Positions 45,623-63,030 of a stretch of DNA of 64,000 nucleotides are shown piece by piece (the stretch's first letter is position 1; every line of letters starts with the position of its first letter). Location of the stretch: NCBI RefSeq assembly GCF_009914755.1, contig NC_060944.1, one strand, 5' to 3'. The notes beneath the pieces were generated by a model. The model was not told where the DNA came from. It did not search any database and was given only the letters and a program-made list of their open reading frames with translations. Position numbers and translations under genes: made by a program. The stretch is from the human T2T-CHM13v2.0 reference genome, Homo sapiens.

Positions 45623-47328
<1,706 letters not shown>

Positions 47329-48576
47329 TGATGCAGTGGGGAGGATAGACTGTAGGAGGGTGAGGGTGGGAGCAGGAGGACCCATGTGGAGAGGCTACTG
47401 CGATTGTCCAGGCAGGAAAGAATGGCAGATGAAGAGAAGCGGATGCCTCACTCGGCCATCGCTGGGCTGGTGCCTAGGACACGGAGCTGGCCACTGCATG
47501 GTTCTTGTTTTGAAGAAGACTCCAGCTAGAAGAGGCTCAAGAACAGTTCTGGGAAATGGGAAGGATGGGCTTAGCTGGGCTAGAACCTCATGTCGGTCAG
47601 GTCTCTGTCCCAGTGTCCCCTGCAGGGTGGTGTCCTGACCATCCCGGCCCCGGGAACCCTCCCAGGGCTCCCGCTCCCTCACTCAGCTTCAGTTTGCTGT
47701 GTGTGTCCCATCATCATCCCGTGTGCTACACCTCTGTCTGTTTCTCCATTGTCTGGACCCAAATGAGGAAGGACTTTGCCTATCCTGCTCACTGCGCATC
47801 TCCAGCACCCAGAAACGGCCTGGCACAAAGATGTGCTCAGCACATACGTATTGGGTGAATGAACCAACAAATGAACCCCCATTTTCCAACCAGGAAAATG
47901 GTTGAAAACTATACCAGGAAGGTGACTTACTCAGCACCACACAGTGGCTAACTACAGATCCAGGATTTGAACCCAGAACGGACTCCAAAGTTTGCACTAA
48001 GTAGCCTACTTCCTTGTAACACCAATGACACTGCCTGTGTTCCAGAAATTCCTACTTTGTGGGAGTAGTGCTGTATCCTTCTTGAGGGGTCAGACACTCG
48101 AAACACAGCACCTCGGGGAACCTACAGGACAACTGACCTGCTCGAGGCTATTATTAGATGAGGAAACCGAGGTTCAGAGGGGTTGGGGTCTTCCCTGAGG
48201 TGCACAGCCAGCCGGCGGCAGAGCCTAGAGCTGGGACTCAACCCTTGTTGGATCCCATAGCTGGGGGTCTCTCTCATATTTTCCACCTTGCTCTGGGTCC
48301 CAGAGAAATAAGAAAGACTCTCCTGCCCTAAGAGGCAGAGTAGGTGTAGATCACACTGCCCAATGTCCGGGCTGAGCCTGGAGGAAGCCCAGCAACACCT
48401 CAAGCTGGAAACTTCTGAAAAATGAGGCTGGGGGGTTAGGATCTAGGGCCCTGGGGTGAAACCCCAGCTTTGCCCCTCCCCTGCTGTGTGGCCTCAAGCA
48501 AGTGATCTCCTCTCTCTGGCCCAGGTCTCCTCTAATAACTCCAACCAAAATTCTGGACAGAGTTGATAAAGCCCTA

Positions 48577-48963
<387 letters not shown>

Positions 48964-48999
48964 TTAAAAGACCCAGTGTGTATTCTAGCTGACATTTTA

Positions 49000-49470
49000 T
49001 ATCAGATTGTACTGCCTGGGGACATACAAATGTAGTCATAATAAAATGTAGTAAACCAAATTTGGAAAAAATTAAGAAATAAAAGAGGAGTTTCTTTTCC
49101 TCTCATGTGAATGAAGTCCAGATGTAGGCAGTTTGGGATGGATTTGGTAACTCTATGAAGCTCTCAGTATCTCAGCTTCTTCCTGGACACCAGTCTGCCA
49201 TCTCTAGGTGTGGGCCCCACTTTCTCATGATCCAAGATGAAGGCCACTGCACCGGCCTTCACGTCTGCCTTCCAGAATGACAGGATGGAGAAGGAAGGAT
49301 GATGAGTAAAAGGCAGGCATCAACTAAATCTCTAGGAAACAGTCCAGAAACCTGTCACACTACTAATTTCAACCCCTTGGCCAGAGCTCAGGCACATGGC
49401 TGCACCTAGCTGCAAGGGAAGCTAGGAAGGTCTGTGTTTATTCTGCACAGCCATGAACTCAGCTAAAAGC
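49000..49470 (-). mobile_element. MaLR LTR (MLT1J-like)
   Basis: ttggccagagctcaggcacatggctgcacctagctgcaagggaagctagg. Confidence 0.6.
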
Positions 49471-50445
49471 CAATCAAATATTTGTAAATAAACAAAACAA
49501 TTTTAGATAGTGATGTATCCTGGGAAAGAACAAAACAGGGTAATCTCTTGGACAATGAGGGTGGGAAAATGCCTCCCTCAGGAGGCAGCACAGCTGAGAT
49601 ATAAATGATAATAAGGCCTGAGGGACAAGCATTCCAAACACGAGGAACAGAAAAGCAAGCTGCCTTGAGGCAGAAACAAGCCTGGTATTGTAAAGAAACA
49701 GAAAGGCCAGCATGGCTGGAACTGGGACAGGGATGCAGTGGGAGGCGGGCACAGCTGGTAGGAAAGGAGGTCAGAGAGTTCAGCAGGTTAGATCCTGGGA
49801 GAAACGGGAAGGCCAAGGGAAAAATCTGGATTTTTTTTTTCTCCTCTAAGTACAGTGAGGCAATATTAGAGGGTTGGGCTGATATGCTATCACTAATGGA
49901 GAGAATGCCGAGCTCCCCTGGCTCCTGGAGGATTTGCCATAACCCTTCTGAGCACTTCATTCACTCACCAATTCATTCCTCTCATAAATATTCATTGCTG
50001 ACCTGCTCTGTGCCAGGTACTGACTTACGGCAGCAGAAATGACTCCTCCAGTCCCCACCCTCAGGAAAAGAAGAGACAGACTGAGCAAACACAAAAGCCT
50101 ATAAATACAGCTCCCAGATGGCTGCCAGTGGTTTGGAGGGAAGGTAAATGGGGCCACAAGAGGACCTGAGTTCACCTGGGGATGGGAGGGGGTTTCCCAC
50201 TGGTGGTGATGTTTGAGCTGAAATTGGAATGATAAGGACACTTTGTCTTGTGGTCTGGAGACGGAGAGAACATTCCAGGTAGAGGGAACAGTTTGTGCAA
50301 AGGGCTGGAGGCAGGAAGAGAGCTGCATATATCCAGAAACTCACCAGGCTCTGGCCTGGCAAGAGTTGAGAAGGGTGAGAGAGAAGGTGTCTCAAGATGG
50401 CCCTGGAGAGGTGAGCAGAAGTCAGATCACAGAAAGCCTGGAAGG

Positions 50446-50895
<450 letters not shown>

Positions 50896-51719
50896 TTACA
50901 AGCTCGCTGATGACTCGGCCTTCTGCCTTCCTGCGGTTTGCTAATCACTGGGTGCTATGTGCCGGGATGTTCTCCTGCTCCTCAGCCCTGAGAGCACACT
51001 CTGACTCATGCCTCCTACCCCAGCCACCCCCTCCCATCACCACCAAGGCTGCCATCTCCCCCCGTGACCCCCAAGGCCCCACAGAATCACACGACCCTGG
51101 CACCAGGAAGTGCACCTGTGTCTCCAATCAGAACTGCCCATTTCACAGAGGAAGAAACTAAGGTCCCATGAGAAAAGCCTTTCCCCAAGTCTCACCCCAA
51201 GACAGGAATAGCACCAGGGCCCGGTCCCAGGTCTCCTAACACCTGGTCCTAATTTTTCCCACTGTTTAATGACAGAAGAGAGAAAATGAGAAGAAAGGAA
51301 GCAGGAAGAGGTGGAGGAGAAAGCAAGGAGGGAGTGAGGAGAGGGAGGGAAGGGGAGCTGGAAAAGCAGTGTTCAAATCCCCAACTCCTAAGTGAGCCCT
51401 GGGAGGGGAGGGGAGAGGATTCGTGTTTGTTGGGCACCCACTACACGCCAGGTGCCTCGACTGTGTCAGCTCCTTCAGCAGAATCCTCACAGGAGAATGG
51501 ATACAATTACTTACTCTAAATGCTTTGGGAAACAGAGAAGCTGTGCAACCCATCTACCATCACACAGCAGTTACCTGGCAGAGAGGAGAATGGAACCCAG
51601 GTCTGGCTGCAATTCCTAACCCTAAGCACACTCCAGGCCCCAGGCTGCCTCCAGCCCAGCCTCTGCTCCGCTCCTCTTTTTGAGGCAGTTGCAGCCTCCA
51701 CTTCCAGAGCCGATCAGCA

Positions 51720-52140
51720 GAGGCTTTCCCCCGGCTGCCCACAAGCCAGCAGACGGATTTCCTTTGGCCCACAGGGCATTTTAATTAAATTTGAGCTAAT
51801 GTTCATAAATCAAGAGATTTCACATAAAAATTCAGATTTCTACCTCCCTTAAAACACTGTAAGATTTCACTGTGCTAAATCCACATTCCCACCTGGCAAC
51901 CGTCAGCTGGGGACAGGGGTATTTGAAGTGGACACACCAGTTCCCCCACACTCCCCAACTCTCCCTGCTGCCTCCCTGGTCCTGAGGCTGAATGTCGGGT
52001 GCCATTCATCAAAATGCATACACTGTTGTTTTCTGAGAGCAGGGACGTATTTCTCTGTAACTGTATCTCTTTCAAAAAGAAGAAAACAAGTGCTAATCCA
52101 AAAGGGGTCAAGTTTCATGAAAAATGGGGGAATGTCTAAT
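51720..52140 (+). mobile_element. hAT-Charlie DNA transposon fragment (Charlie4/MER102-like)
   Basis: aatcaagagatttcacataaaaattcagatttc...ctgaggctgaatgtcgggtgccattcatc. Confidence 0.7.
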
Positions 52141-52224
52141 TCTTTGCGGAACCAAGAGATACTCCTTCATGCTTATTATGCAGACGAAGTGTGCCTGAGC
52201 CCTCACACCACTGCTTAGCTTCCT

Positions 52225-52295
52225 AAAATATTTTTTTGTGTGTGTATCTGAAATTCTAATTTAACTGGGCATCCTGTATTTTATCTGGTAACCCT
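52225..52295. mobile_element. MER53-like hAT MITE arm
   Basis: tatctgaaattctaatttaactgggcatcctgtattttatctggtaaccct. Confidence 0.7.
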
Positions 52296-52399
52296 CTCTA
52301 GACTAGTCACCTTGCTGGGTGAGTGATCTTGATTGAGCAAGTCATTTAAGTTTTCTGGGTTTCAGGTTGTTCCTCATAGATAGGGTTAATAACAGCATG

Positions 52400-52675
52400 A
52401 GAGGTTGAGGTAGGAGGATCCTTTGAGGCCAGGAGTTTGAGACCAACCTGGGCAACATAGCGAGATTCCCCATCTCTACAAAAAAAAAAAAATTTTTTTT
52501 TTTTTTAATTAGCCAGGTGTGGTGGCTCGTTCCTATAATCCTAGCTACAGGGGAGGCTGAGGCAGGAGGATTGCTTGAGCCTAGGAGTTTAAGGCTGCAG
52601 CGAGCTGGGATTACACCACTGCAGTCCAGCCTGGGTAACACAGCAAGACCCTGTCTCTAAATAATAATAAATAAC
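52400..52675 (+). mobile_element. 5'-truncated AluJ-like element with A13T14 linker
   Basis: Alu consensus from the middle of the left arm. Confidence 0.9.
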
Positions 52676-52757
52676 AAGAGGACCTGATGAGATATTACAC
52701 ATTAAGAGCTTAGGACAGAGCCTGGCTCACTGTACATGCTCAGTAAACGTCAGCTGC

Positions 52758-53215
52758 TGGGGCAGATGACACCAGCTGCTTGCCCAACACCCATTCCCTT
52801 GTTCCTCACTAACTGAACCCTGGTTAATGGCAGCCATAGTGCCTGGCCCCAGGGGATGAATGTGATTGGTCTAGTCAAGCATGCCACACCCATTCCAAGC
52901 TGCCAGTGATTGGACCAAGGTGAGCATGTGACCTGACTCTAGCCAATGAGGTACAACAAGAAGTCAGCGGGGATGAGTGCTCCAGGGAGACTTTCTCTCC
53001 CTAAGGAGTTGGCACTACTGCCCCTGTTCCTCCCTTTTTGTTTTGGACACATCCATTGGGAAAAAGGGATACAGGATCCCAGCCCCCATCTTAAGACAGT
53101 GAGCATGGCCAAGGTCTAGGCTGGAGGACTCCTGGGCTGACAATGCCAAACTTCGTTTTAAGTAAATGATGGATGTCGTTATGGCCGAAGCCATTTGCTA
53201 ATTGGCTCTATATTA
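52758..53215 (+). mobile_element. MaLR LTR (MLT1J/K-like)
   Basis: ggcagatgacacc...cccattcccttgttcctcactaactgaaccc...gagcatgtgacctgactctagccaatgag. Confidence 0.65.
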
Positions 53216-53769
53216 GCCGAAGCTAATTGGCTCTATACTGTGGCAGCCCAGTTATGTTACTGACTAGCTCTGTGCCTCAGTTTCCCTATATGGAGAATGG
53301 AGGGAACGATAGTATCCGCTACATAGGGTTGTTGTAAAGTTATTCAATGAGTTAGCGTAAATGAAGTGCTAATTACTCTACCTGGCAAGTTATACTCACC
53401 ATATAATTGTTAGTCATTATAATTCTTCTGTTATTTGCATCCAAGTCTTTCTAAACTGATACAGTCAAAAATTCCCTGAAAGCTGTGAATTCTGAAGTTT
53501 GATAATACATCAAAGAATCCAAGCCCCAAAATATAAGCAAATGTGCCTGTTTAAGGTGAGTCAATGTCAAAGATTCATTCAAGAAGTTTCCTTATATTTC
53601 ATTCACCCTGCAAAGGATCTAAGCAGATTCAACAGGCTGTTCGTCAGCTCCCAAGAAGGGGAGGTGGGAGATGGGCGTGTCAGCCAATCCTAGAAATAAG
53701 AGATAGTCCCATCATTTGGAATTTTGGGTAGAAACTGCAGGACCAAAATATGGTAGCCTGAGCATAAGT

Positions 53770-54855
<1,086 letters not shown>

Positions 54856-56276
54856 TGTAAACCTCTGCTTCTTCCAGAAATCTCACTGACAGGGTAAAAG
54901 GGCACAAACACACAGGGCAGAGAACAGGCAGAGGAAGAGATGATGCCACTGGGTTATAAAAGCTGGACAGCAGATGATGGGTGAGGGAACCCACTGAGTT
55001 GGCCAGAGAAAACTGGCAGCAAGTGCCTGCAGGAAGGTTGGGCGAGGCAGAGGCAGGTACATGGCACCCCAGAGCCCTGAAAGGACCGAGACCTCTGCAG
55101 GGAGCACTGAAACCTGAGGGGTGAGATGAAAGTCCCCAAGGACCCTCATCCCCCTTCACGCTCATGGAAGAGTCCAAGGTGAAGCAGTTGAACCAGGGAT
55201 GCCCTGACCACAGGAATGGGGGTTCTACACAGAAAACAAATGTAAATCTGTCTACTGAACAATGAGATCTGCAGACTCCTTCTCCCACCTCGCCCTCAGG
55301 AACAGCTGCCTAGGACAGGAGATAAAGACTTTCCTATCTTGGGAAGCACCCCTGACTGAAGACAAAAGAGAAAGCTCCCGGAAGATAATGATTTGGAGTT
55401 CCCCAACAAAGGACCACGGCCCTACCCAGGCACCCCACCATGTGACAGGCCCTGCCCAGACACACGGAGCATGCAAAGGTGATTAATTGCCTCACACTCA
55501 AATATCACAGAACATGAGACATTTGAGAACTGCTAACACGAGACACAAACAGGAAAAGGTCCTGGGGAGATGCCAGTGCTCCTTGGCTGGGGACCTAGTC
55601 TTGGATCTGTCAGAAGCTGGCTGTGTGGCCTCGGCAAAGTCCTGTCCCCTCTCTGGGCCTCAGTTTCCGTGTAGTTGAGGAGAATCTTTCTGGCCGGGAA
55701 CTTGCCTCAACATATCTCCTACTGGGGCATGTGAGTCCTTTGCTCTGCTTGAGAAATTATCCTGAAAACCATTGGGTTATTTTGTGGATCTCACCTGGAT
55801 GACCTAAAGGGTGTGGATTTCAAGGGCAGAAGAAAACTTATCAGTCCTCACGGTGCATGAAATTCCAGCATGCTCCTCTAAAGGGGACCCTTGAAACAAA
55901 TAAATTTCAATGGATGATACTCAAAGGATGTGTGGGAAGAGCGTGGCTAGAGAAGGCTGGCTTTGAGCACTTAAATGTTGCCTGGCACTTTACACACATT
56001 GTCTTATTTCCTTACTCTCTTTGTGACCTTGAGGAACCACTTAACTATGCTGTGCCTTAGTTTCCCTATCTGTGAAATGGAATGTGGTTGAGACTGTTAG
56101 TTGTCCCTAAGTATCTTCCCCTAGTTCCATAGTAATGAACTTGTAGCTGAGCATAGGACTGTCTCAATAAAAAGTACATTTCCCAGCCTCCCTTGCAGTC
56201 AGATGTACCCATGTGACCAAGTTCTGGCCAACGGGATGTGACTGTAAGCTATGTGGCTGATTTCCAGGTTGTACTT

Positions 56277-56600
<324 letters not shown>

Positions 56601-56605
56601 TGTAC

Positions 56606-56744
56606 TTTATTTTTTTAATTATTAATTTTAATTTTTTTAGAGATGAGGTCTTGCTATGTTACTCAGGCTGGTCTCGAACTCCTGGCCTTAAGTGACCCTC
56701 CCACCTTGGCCTAGAGTTACAGAGGTGAACCACCATGCCCAGCC
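56606..56744 (-). mobile_element. Alu monomer (FLAM/AluJ left arm)
   Basis: Single antisense left arm. Confidence 0.85.
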
Positions 56745-56752
56745 AGGCTGTA

Positions 56753-57065
56753 TTTTTTTTTTTTTTTTTTTAGAGACAGGGTCTCACTTTGTTGCCCAGG
56801 CTGGAGTGTTCTGGCTATTTACGGGAGTGATTCCACTACTGGATCAGCACGGGAGTTTTGACCTTTCCGATCTGGGCCATTTCAGCCCTCCTTAGGCAAC
56901 CTGGTGGTTCCCCTCTCCCAGGGAGATCACCATGTTGATACTGAGCTTAGTGTAGGCACCCGATTGACACAGCGCACTACAACCCAGAACTCTTGGACTC
57001 AAGTGATTCTCCCGCCTCAGCCTCCCGAGTAGCTGGGACTTCTGGCTCACACCACTGTGCCCAGC
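56753..57065 (-). pseudogene. RN7SL: 7SL (SRP RNA) processed pseudogene, near full length, with poly(A) tail
   Basis: The reverse complement of 56772-57065 follows 7SL RNA from the Alu-domain 5' end (GCTGGGCACAGTGG) through the S domain (CACTAAGCTCAGTATCAACATGGTGA...ACCACCAGGTTGCCTAAGGAGGG...GGTCAAAACTCCCGTGCTGATC) to the 3' end (GCAACAAAGTGAGACCCTGTCTCT). T19 tail at 56753-56771; flanking target duplication aggctgta / aggttgta; multiple substitutions and a 7-nt deletion. Confidence 0.95.
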
Positions 57066-57616
57066 CTAGGTTGTACCTTAAAGGGAAAGGGTATGCCATT
57101 CCCCCTTTCCTTTTCCCACTGGCTGGAATGTGGAATGTGACACCCTAAGGAGGGGAAAATAGCAAGTTAGCAGCCCGGGCATGGGCAGTGGGTGTCTGCA
57201 CTGTCAGCCCCAGCCTAACACACTGGGTGTGAAGCCTCAATGTGTTGAGACATGTAAATCACTTACCACGGGGCTTGGAACAAAGTTGGCATTCTGAAAT
57301 TGTGAGCTGTTTTATTATTACCATCAACGTTATGATTATAATCATCACTCCAAATGGGCCTGTGCAAGAAGGCCTCTTAAGGCCCATTTTTCAGATGAGA
57401 AAATGGAGCTCAGAGAGGTTAAGCCCCTGCCCAAATGATCCCAGGGGGAGGGTAGCAGAACCAGATCTGCCAATCTGGGGAAGGAGTAAAGAGAAGCAGT
57501 AGAGGGTGGAAGGGGGAGCAGTCCCAAGTCCCCATGCCAGCCCCATGCAAGTCCCCATGCCAGCCCATACCAGCCCTGTCTGGTTGGTTTAAGGGGTTTT
57601 CTTCAGCGGGTCTAGT

Positions 57617-58140
57617 GCAGTGGGTCTTAACCAGGGACACTTTTGTACCCTGGGCGACATTTGACAATGCCCGGAGGCATTTTTTTTTCTTTTTGCTTTT
57701 TCTTTTTTTTTTTTTTGAGACAGGGTCCCGTTGTCTCCCAGGCTGGAGTGTAGTGGGCGATCTCGGCTTACTGCAACCTCCACCTCCTGGGTTCAAGCGA
57801 TTCTCGTGCCTTAGCCTCCTGAGTAGCTGGGATTACAGGCGCCCGCCACCACGCCCAGCTAATTTTTGTATTTTTAGTAGAGACAGGGTTTCACCATGTT
57901 GGCTAGGCTAGTCTCAAACTCCTGACCTCAAGCGATCCGCCCACCTCGGCCTCCCAAAGTGCTGGGATTACAGGCGTGAGCCACCGTGCCCAGCCCTGCA
58001 TTTTCAATCACCGCGACTGGGAGAGGAAGCCAACCGCCGGCCCTAGTGGGTGGCAGCCAGGAATGCTGCTCGGTACCCTACAGCGCACAACACGGCCCTT
58101 GCCAGAAAGAATCAACAGGGCTGTGGGCGAGGAGCCCTGG
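57617..58140 (+). mobile_element. MER20 split by an antisense Alu (about 57680-57994)
   Basis: cagtgggtcttaacc...gacatttgacaatg...gcattt | Alu | gcattttc...ctagtgggtggcagccaggaatgctgct. Confidence 0.8.
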
Positions 58141-58875
58141 TCTCACGAGAGGTTGCCCACCCCTCACCTGGTGCCCCAGGAGGTGGGAGGCTTCGCGGGC
58201 TCCAGGTCTTGGGCAGGATTCTCTGATTTCTTCCCCTGGAAGGCGTCTCTCTGCCCTCACCGCATCTTCCTATCACTCGCCCTCTCTGTCCACACAGGCC
58301 CATTTGTGGGGCAAGGGATTTTCATCAAGAGGAATCTCTAACCTCAGCCCATCCCTGCAACTCACCCCTGCCGCCTGCCCCGCTCCCGAGGCCGGGAACA
58401 AGCCCCAACAGTTCAGCCTTCCTCCCCACCCACCCGTTGCCAGCAAGGCCAGTTTCCGGGTGGTGGGTGGAGGGCATGGTGCCATCTGAATACGGTCCAG
58501 TTCTCCCCGGTGGGGGAGGGAGAGAAGGGTTTTGCTCCTGGAATGCAGGGCCCACACCATCAGAGCTGCCCATCTGTCTGTCTATCCGTCCATGTGAGAC
58601 AAGAGCGGGGACTGTTGAGGGAACTACTTCCAAATTTCTCCTCCCTCAATTCCCAGGAGGTGGTGAGCCCCAGCCTTCTAGGATGGCAGGCCAGGCTTCC
58701 AGAACCTTCCATCTCAGCCACACAAAACCAAGAGACTGAAGCGAAAGGTAACCCCCTGAGGAACTCCCGGGATTTGTGAAAAATTCAAGAGGGAGTGGCG
58801 CCTGGGCCTGATCCGCATCCAGAGGCTGTTCTGTTGGTGAGCAGTGGCTCATTTACTGAAGTACAGACTGCACCC

Positions 58876-59334
58876 TGTGGCCGCGGCAGCCACGCCCCTC
58901 TGCACCCACCAGTCCTGTTCACTGGCCTAGGCTTCAGGCCGCCAGCACCTCCATCTTTTTGCCAAGGGCTTTCTCTGGCCACCACACCCCACTGAGCCCA
59001 TGCAGGACAAGCGGAGTACCTGAGAGATCATGCCCCTGGCAGCTGCCCTTAACCAACCACTGACAGGAGGTGATGGAGGAAGACGCCGGTTTCCTTGCCC
59101 CTTGGTGGAAATAGCCTGGAGGCATGTTTACACTGGCTCCCAGAGTTCCCCAGTGGAATCGAGCCCCAGTTGCCCAGACCAGTAACTTGCTCAAAAATGT
59201 CCCCTGTGTGTGTCTTCTCATCTGCGTCTCATGTCCCCACTCCCTTACTCCCTTACTTCCTAAGACTACCACCCAAACAAATCACTTGAATCCTTGCCTC
59301 GGTGTCTGCTTCTGGGGGCACCCAGCCTAAGACC
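58876..59334 (+). mobile_element. ERVL solo LTR (LTR16-like)
   Basis: ctcccagagttccccagtggaatcgagccccagttgccc...gaatccttgcctcggtgtctgcttctgggggcacccagcctaagac. Confidence 0.8.
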
Positions 59335-59504
59335 AACACAGTCTAAGAGTCAGACACAGATATTTGCAGATCAGGATGAATGTGGCTGCCCCCTCTAGCA
59401 ACTCACAATCAGATGGAAAGCCCAACACCACTCAGTCACACAGACGCAGAATTGCAAATGGGGAGAAGGCTGAGACTGTGAAGCAGCAGAGAACCTTGTT
59501 GTTA

Positions 59505-60135
<631 letters not shown>

Positions 60136-61691
60136 TAAAAACTCTCCATAGGCCACCCTCCCCTCCCAGGCCAAAATTCAGGTCCTCTAGGTCCTGAACC
60201 ATCTGCCACCCCTTCCCTTTCCTGTGCTCACCTCTCCCCATCCTGCTCCAGCCATAATGGGCTGCTGGCTGTTTCTCAGTTGTGCTGTACGTGTTCCTGC
60301 TTCAGGACCTTTGCACTTGCTATTCCCTCTCCTCAGATGCTTTTCCCTAGATCTCCCCATGGCCGGCTCCTCCTTCTAGTTCAAATCTTGGTTCACATGT
60401 CACCTCCTCATGGGGTCACCTCAGCACCCATCCCCCACCACCTCCCACCAGTCACTTTCTAACCATGTCACCCTGGTATATTGACTTCATAGCCCATATC
60501 ACAGCCGGAAGTTATATTGCTTACTTATGTGTTGAATGATCCCCAAAGATGGGCTCTGTGAATATGAGCAGAGGCTGTGTCCCCGGTGCCTGGAACAAAA
60601 CCTGGAACAGAGTAGGAGCCCTATGGCTGTTTGCTGGAGAAGTCATTCAATGTTTAAGTGATGAGAGGGAAAATGAATGAATGAATCATAGAAAGACATT
60701 TAACAGGGGGACCCAACCTTGTCTGGAAAATCAGGGAAGGCTTCCCTGAGGAGGTGACATGGAGCTGAGATATGAATGGAGATGGGGTATTAACTGAGCC
60801 AAAGGGACAGGAAGAGCTACTCAGGCAGAGGGAAGAGCACATGGAAATGTCCAGAGGATCCCAGAGGACACACCAGGACTGTGCAGGGGACAAGCCAGCT
60901 GTAGCCGAAGGTTTTCCTTAATATTTTTGAACCTATTATGTGTCCAGCTCACGGATACATGGAGAACAAAGCAGGCAAGTTGCTGTGCCCCTGGAGCTCC
61001 CAATCTGGTGGGGAGGACAGACACTCACCAAAGAGTGGGCCAACATTTAGTCCCAAAGTTTCAGTTGCCCTTGCACAGCCTCCTCTTACAGTACACTGTT
61101 GATGCTTGCTTTCCAGAATACGCCAGTGAGATGCTGTGTAGAAACACACTTGGCATGAACACACACACACATACACATACACAATAAGTGAAGAATTCCC
61201 TGGATTTCCCACCAAAAGAGATCAGAAAAGACATTCAGAGTAGCTCCTTTTTGTTGTTAATAATTTAATTAATCACCCTCTACCAATGTGATCACCATTA
61301 GCACAGAGCTATAATTTCCTGAGTTCAAGAAAGAAGGGAGCAGCTATGCCAATTGTATGACAATGTGTCCTCCCATAGAAAATTTAACCGCCACCACCCC
61401 GCCGTCACCACTAGTCTGACAACAGCCAAAGCCAGGCCCAGTCACCTAGTGGGTTCTATATGAAGTGCTGGGATGGAGCCAGGTTTTATCTCTCGGCCTC
61501 CCAGTTCCGGGCTCGTGTTTTGTCCCTCCCAGCAGTCAGAAAAAGGCTCCAGCTGGACGCTCAAGCCTCCCCTCCCCTCCCCTGCAGGGCCACAGTAGAA
61601 TTGGTCCCACTCCATTTGCATTTCCTACCGGGCTCCTAAAGCCTTTTGAGTTTTTGACCCCAGGATGTCATGGCAGGAGGGTCACAGTTAG

Positions 61692-61919
<228 letters not shown>

Positions 61920-62156
61920 TAAAAAATATATGCAAGTTTTTGTCAATTAAAAAAATTTCATGAGGGGAGGGGGTTGGGCGATCAGGGAAAGATGTCTAGA
62001 CAGGCTCCTAGAGGTGAGAGAAACTCCATGTTAGAGGGAAACATAGGGCTATGGGAACTCCTAACAAGACCCCTTAACCCAGCCTGGGAAATCACAGAAT
62101 CCTTCCTGGAGGAGGAGGCCTTTTCACTCATTCTTAAAGGGTAAAGTCAGCTAGAG

Positions 62157-62356
62157 CAGGGTCAAAAACCTTTTCTGTAAAGGGCTAGATAGTAAATATT
62201 TATGCTTCATGAGTTCCTGTCACAACTATGATTACAGATCTAAAGCAGCCATAGATAAAACTGAAATAGATGTGGCTGTGTTCCAATAAAACTTTATTGA
62301 CAAAAACCACAAGCTGAGCCAGATTTGGCCCCCAGGCCATAGTTTACTGACCTCTG
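62157..62356 (+). mobile_element. MER58A DNA transposon
   Basis: ttttctgtaaagggctagatagtaaatattt...gtggctgtgttccaataaaactttatt...catagtttactgacctctg; 8-bp TSD-like agctagag / agctaaac. Confidence 0.9.
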
Positions 62357-62868
62357 AGCTAAACAATGGAAAAGGAGAAAGCAAGCAAAGGAAGTCACTT
62401 GAGCAAAAGCTGGAGGTGTAAAAGAGCAGAGAATTAGGAAAGAGCCACGTTGTGGTTTTCCTTCTCCCTGAGGCACAGAAGGAGTTGTCTATGTTTACAC
62501 AAAGACTTGGGCTCTGACGCAAGCTGAGAGCAGGATTCCAAATTCACCCCATCGACAAGTATTTATTGAGTGCCTACTAGGTGCCAGGCACTGTTCTAGG
62601 CACTGCAATGACACAGCAATGAACAAGAGACTTTCTCCTGTGGAAGACAAACACTAAGCACACACAAGTGAACGAGCGAGCCAAAAAAAATACAGCTTCC
62701 TCACCTGCTGTGTGACCTTGAAGATGTTCCTTAACCTCTCTGTGCCCCAGGAGGATAATATGATCAGAGTGCAGGCCCAGCACACAGTGGCTGTTCTATA
62801 AATATAGCTGCTGTTATTATTGTAAGTCAATATGCAAATAAATACACATTAAAAAAAAAAAAAAAAAA

Positions 62869-63030
62869 GGCCAGGCATGGTGGCTCATGCCTGTAATCCC
62901 AGCTACTCAGGAGGCTGAGATGGGAGGCCGAGGCCAGAGGACCACTTGAGCCTGGGAGGCAGAGGTTGCAGTGAGCAAGACTGCACCACTGCAACAGAGA
63001 AAGACCCTGTCTCAAAAAACAAAAACAAAA
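62869..63030 (+). mobile_element. Alu monomer (right-arm/FRAM-like) preceded by an A18 run
   Basis: Alu right-arm sequence with A-rich tail. Confidence 0.85.
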
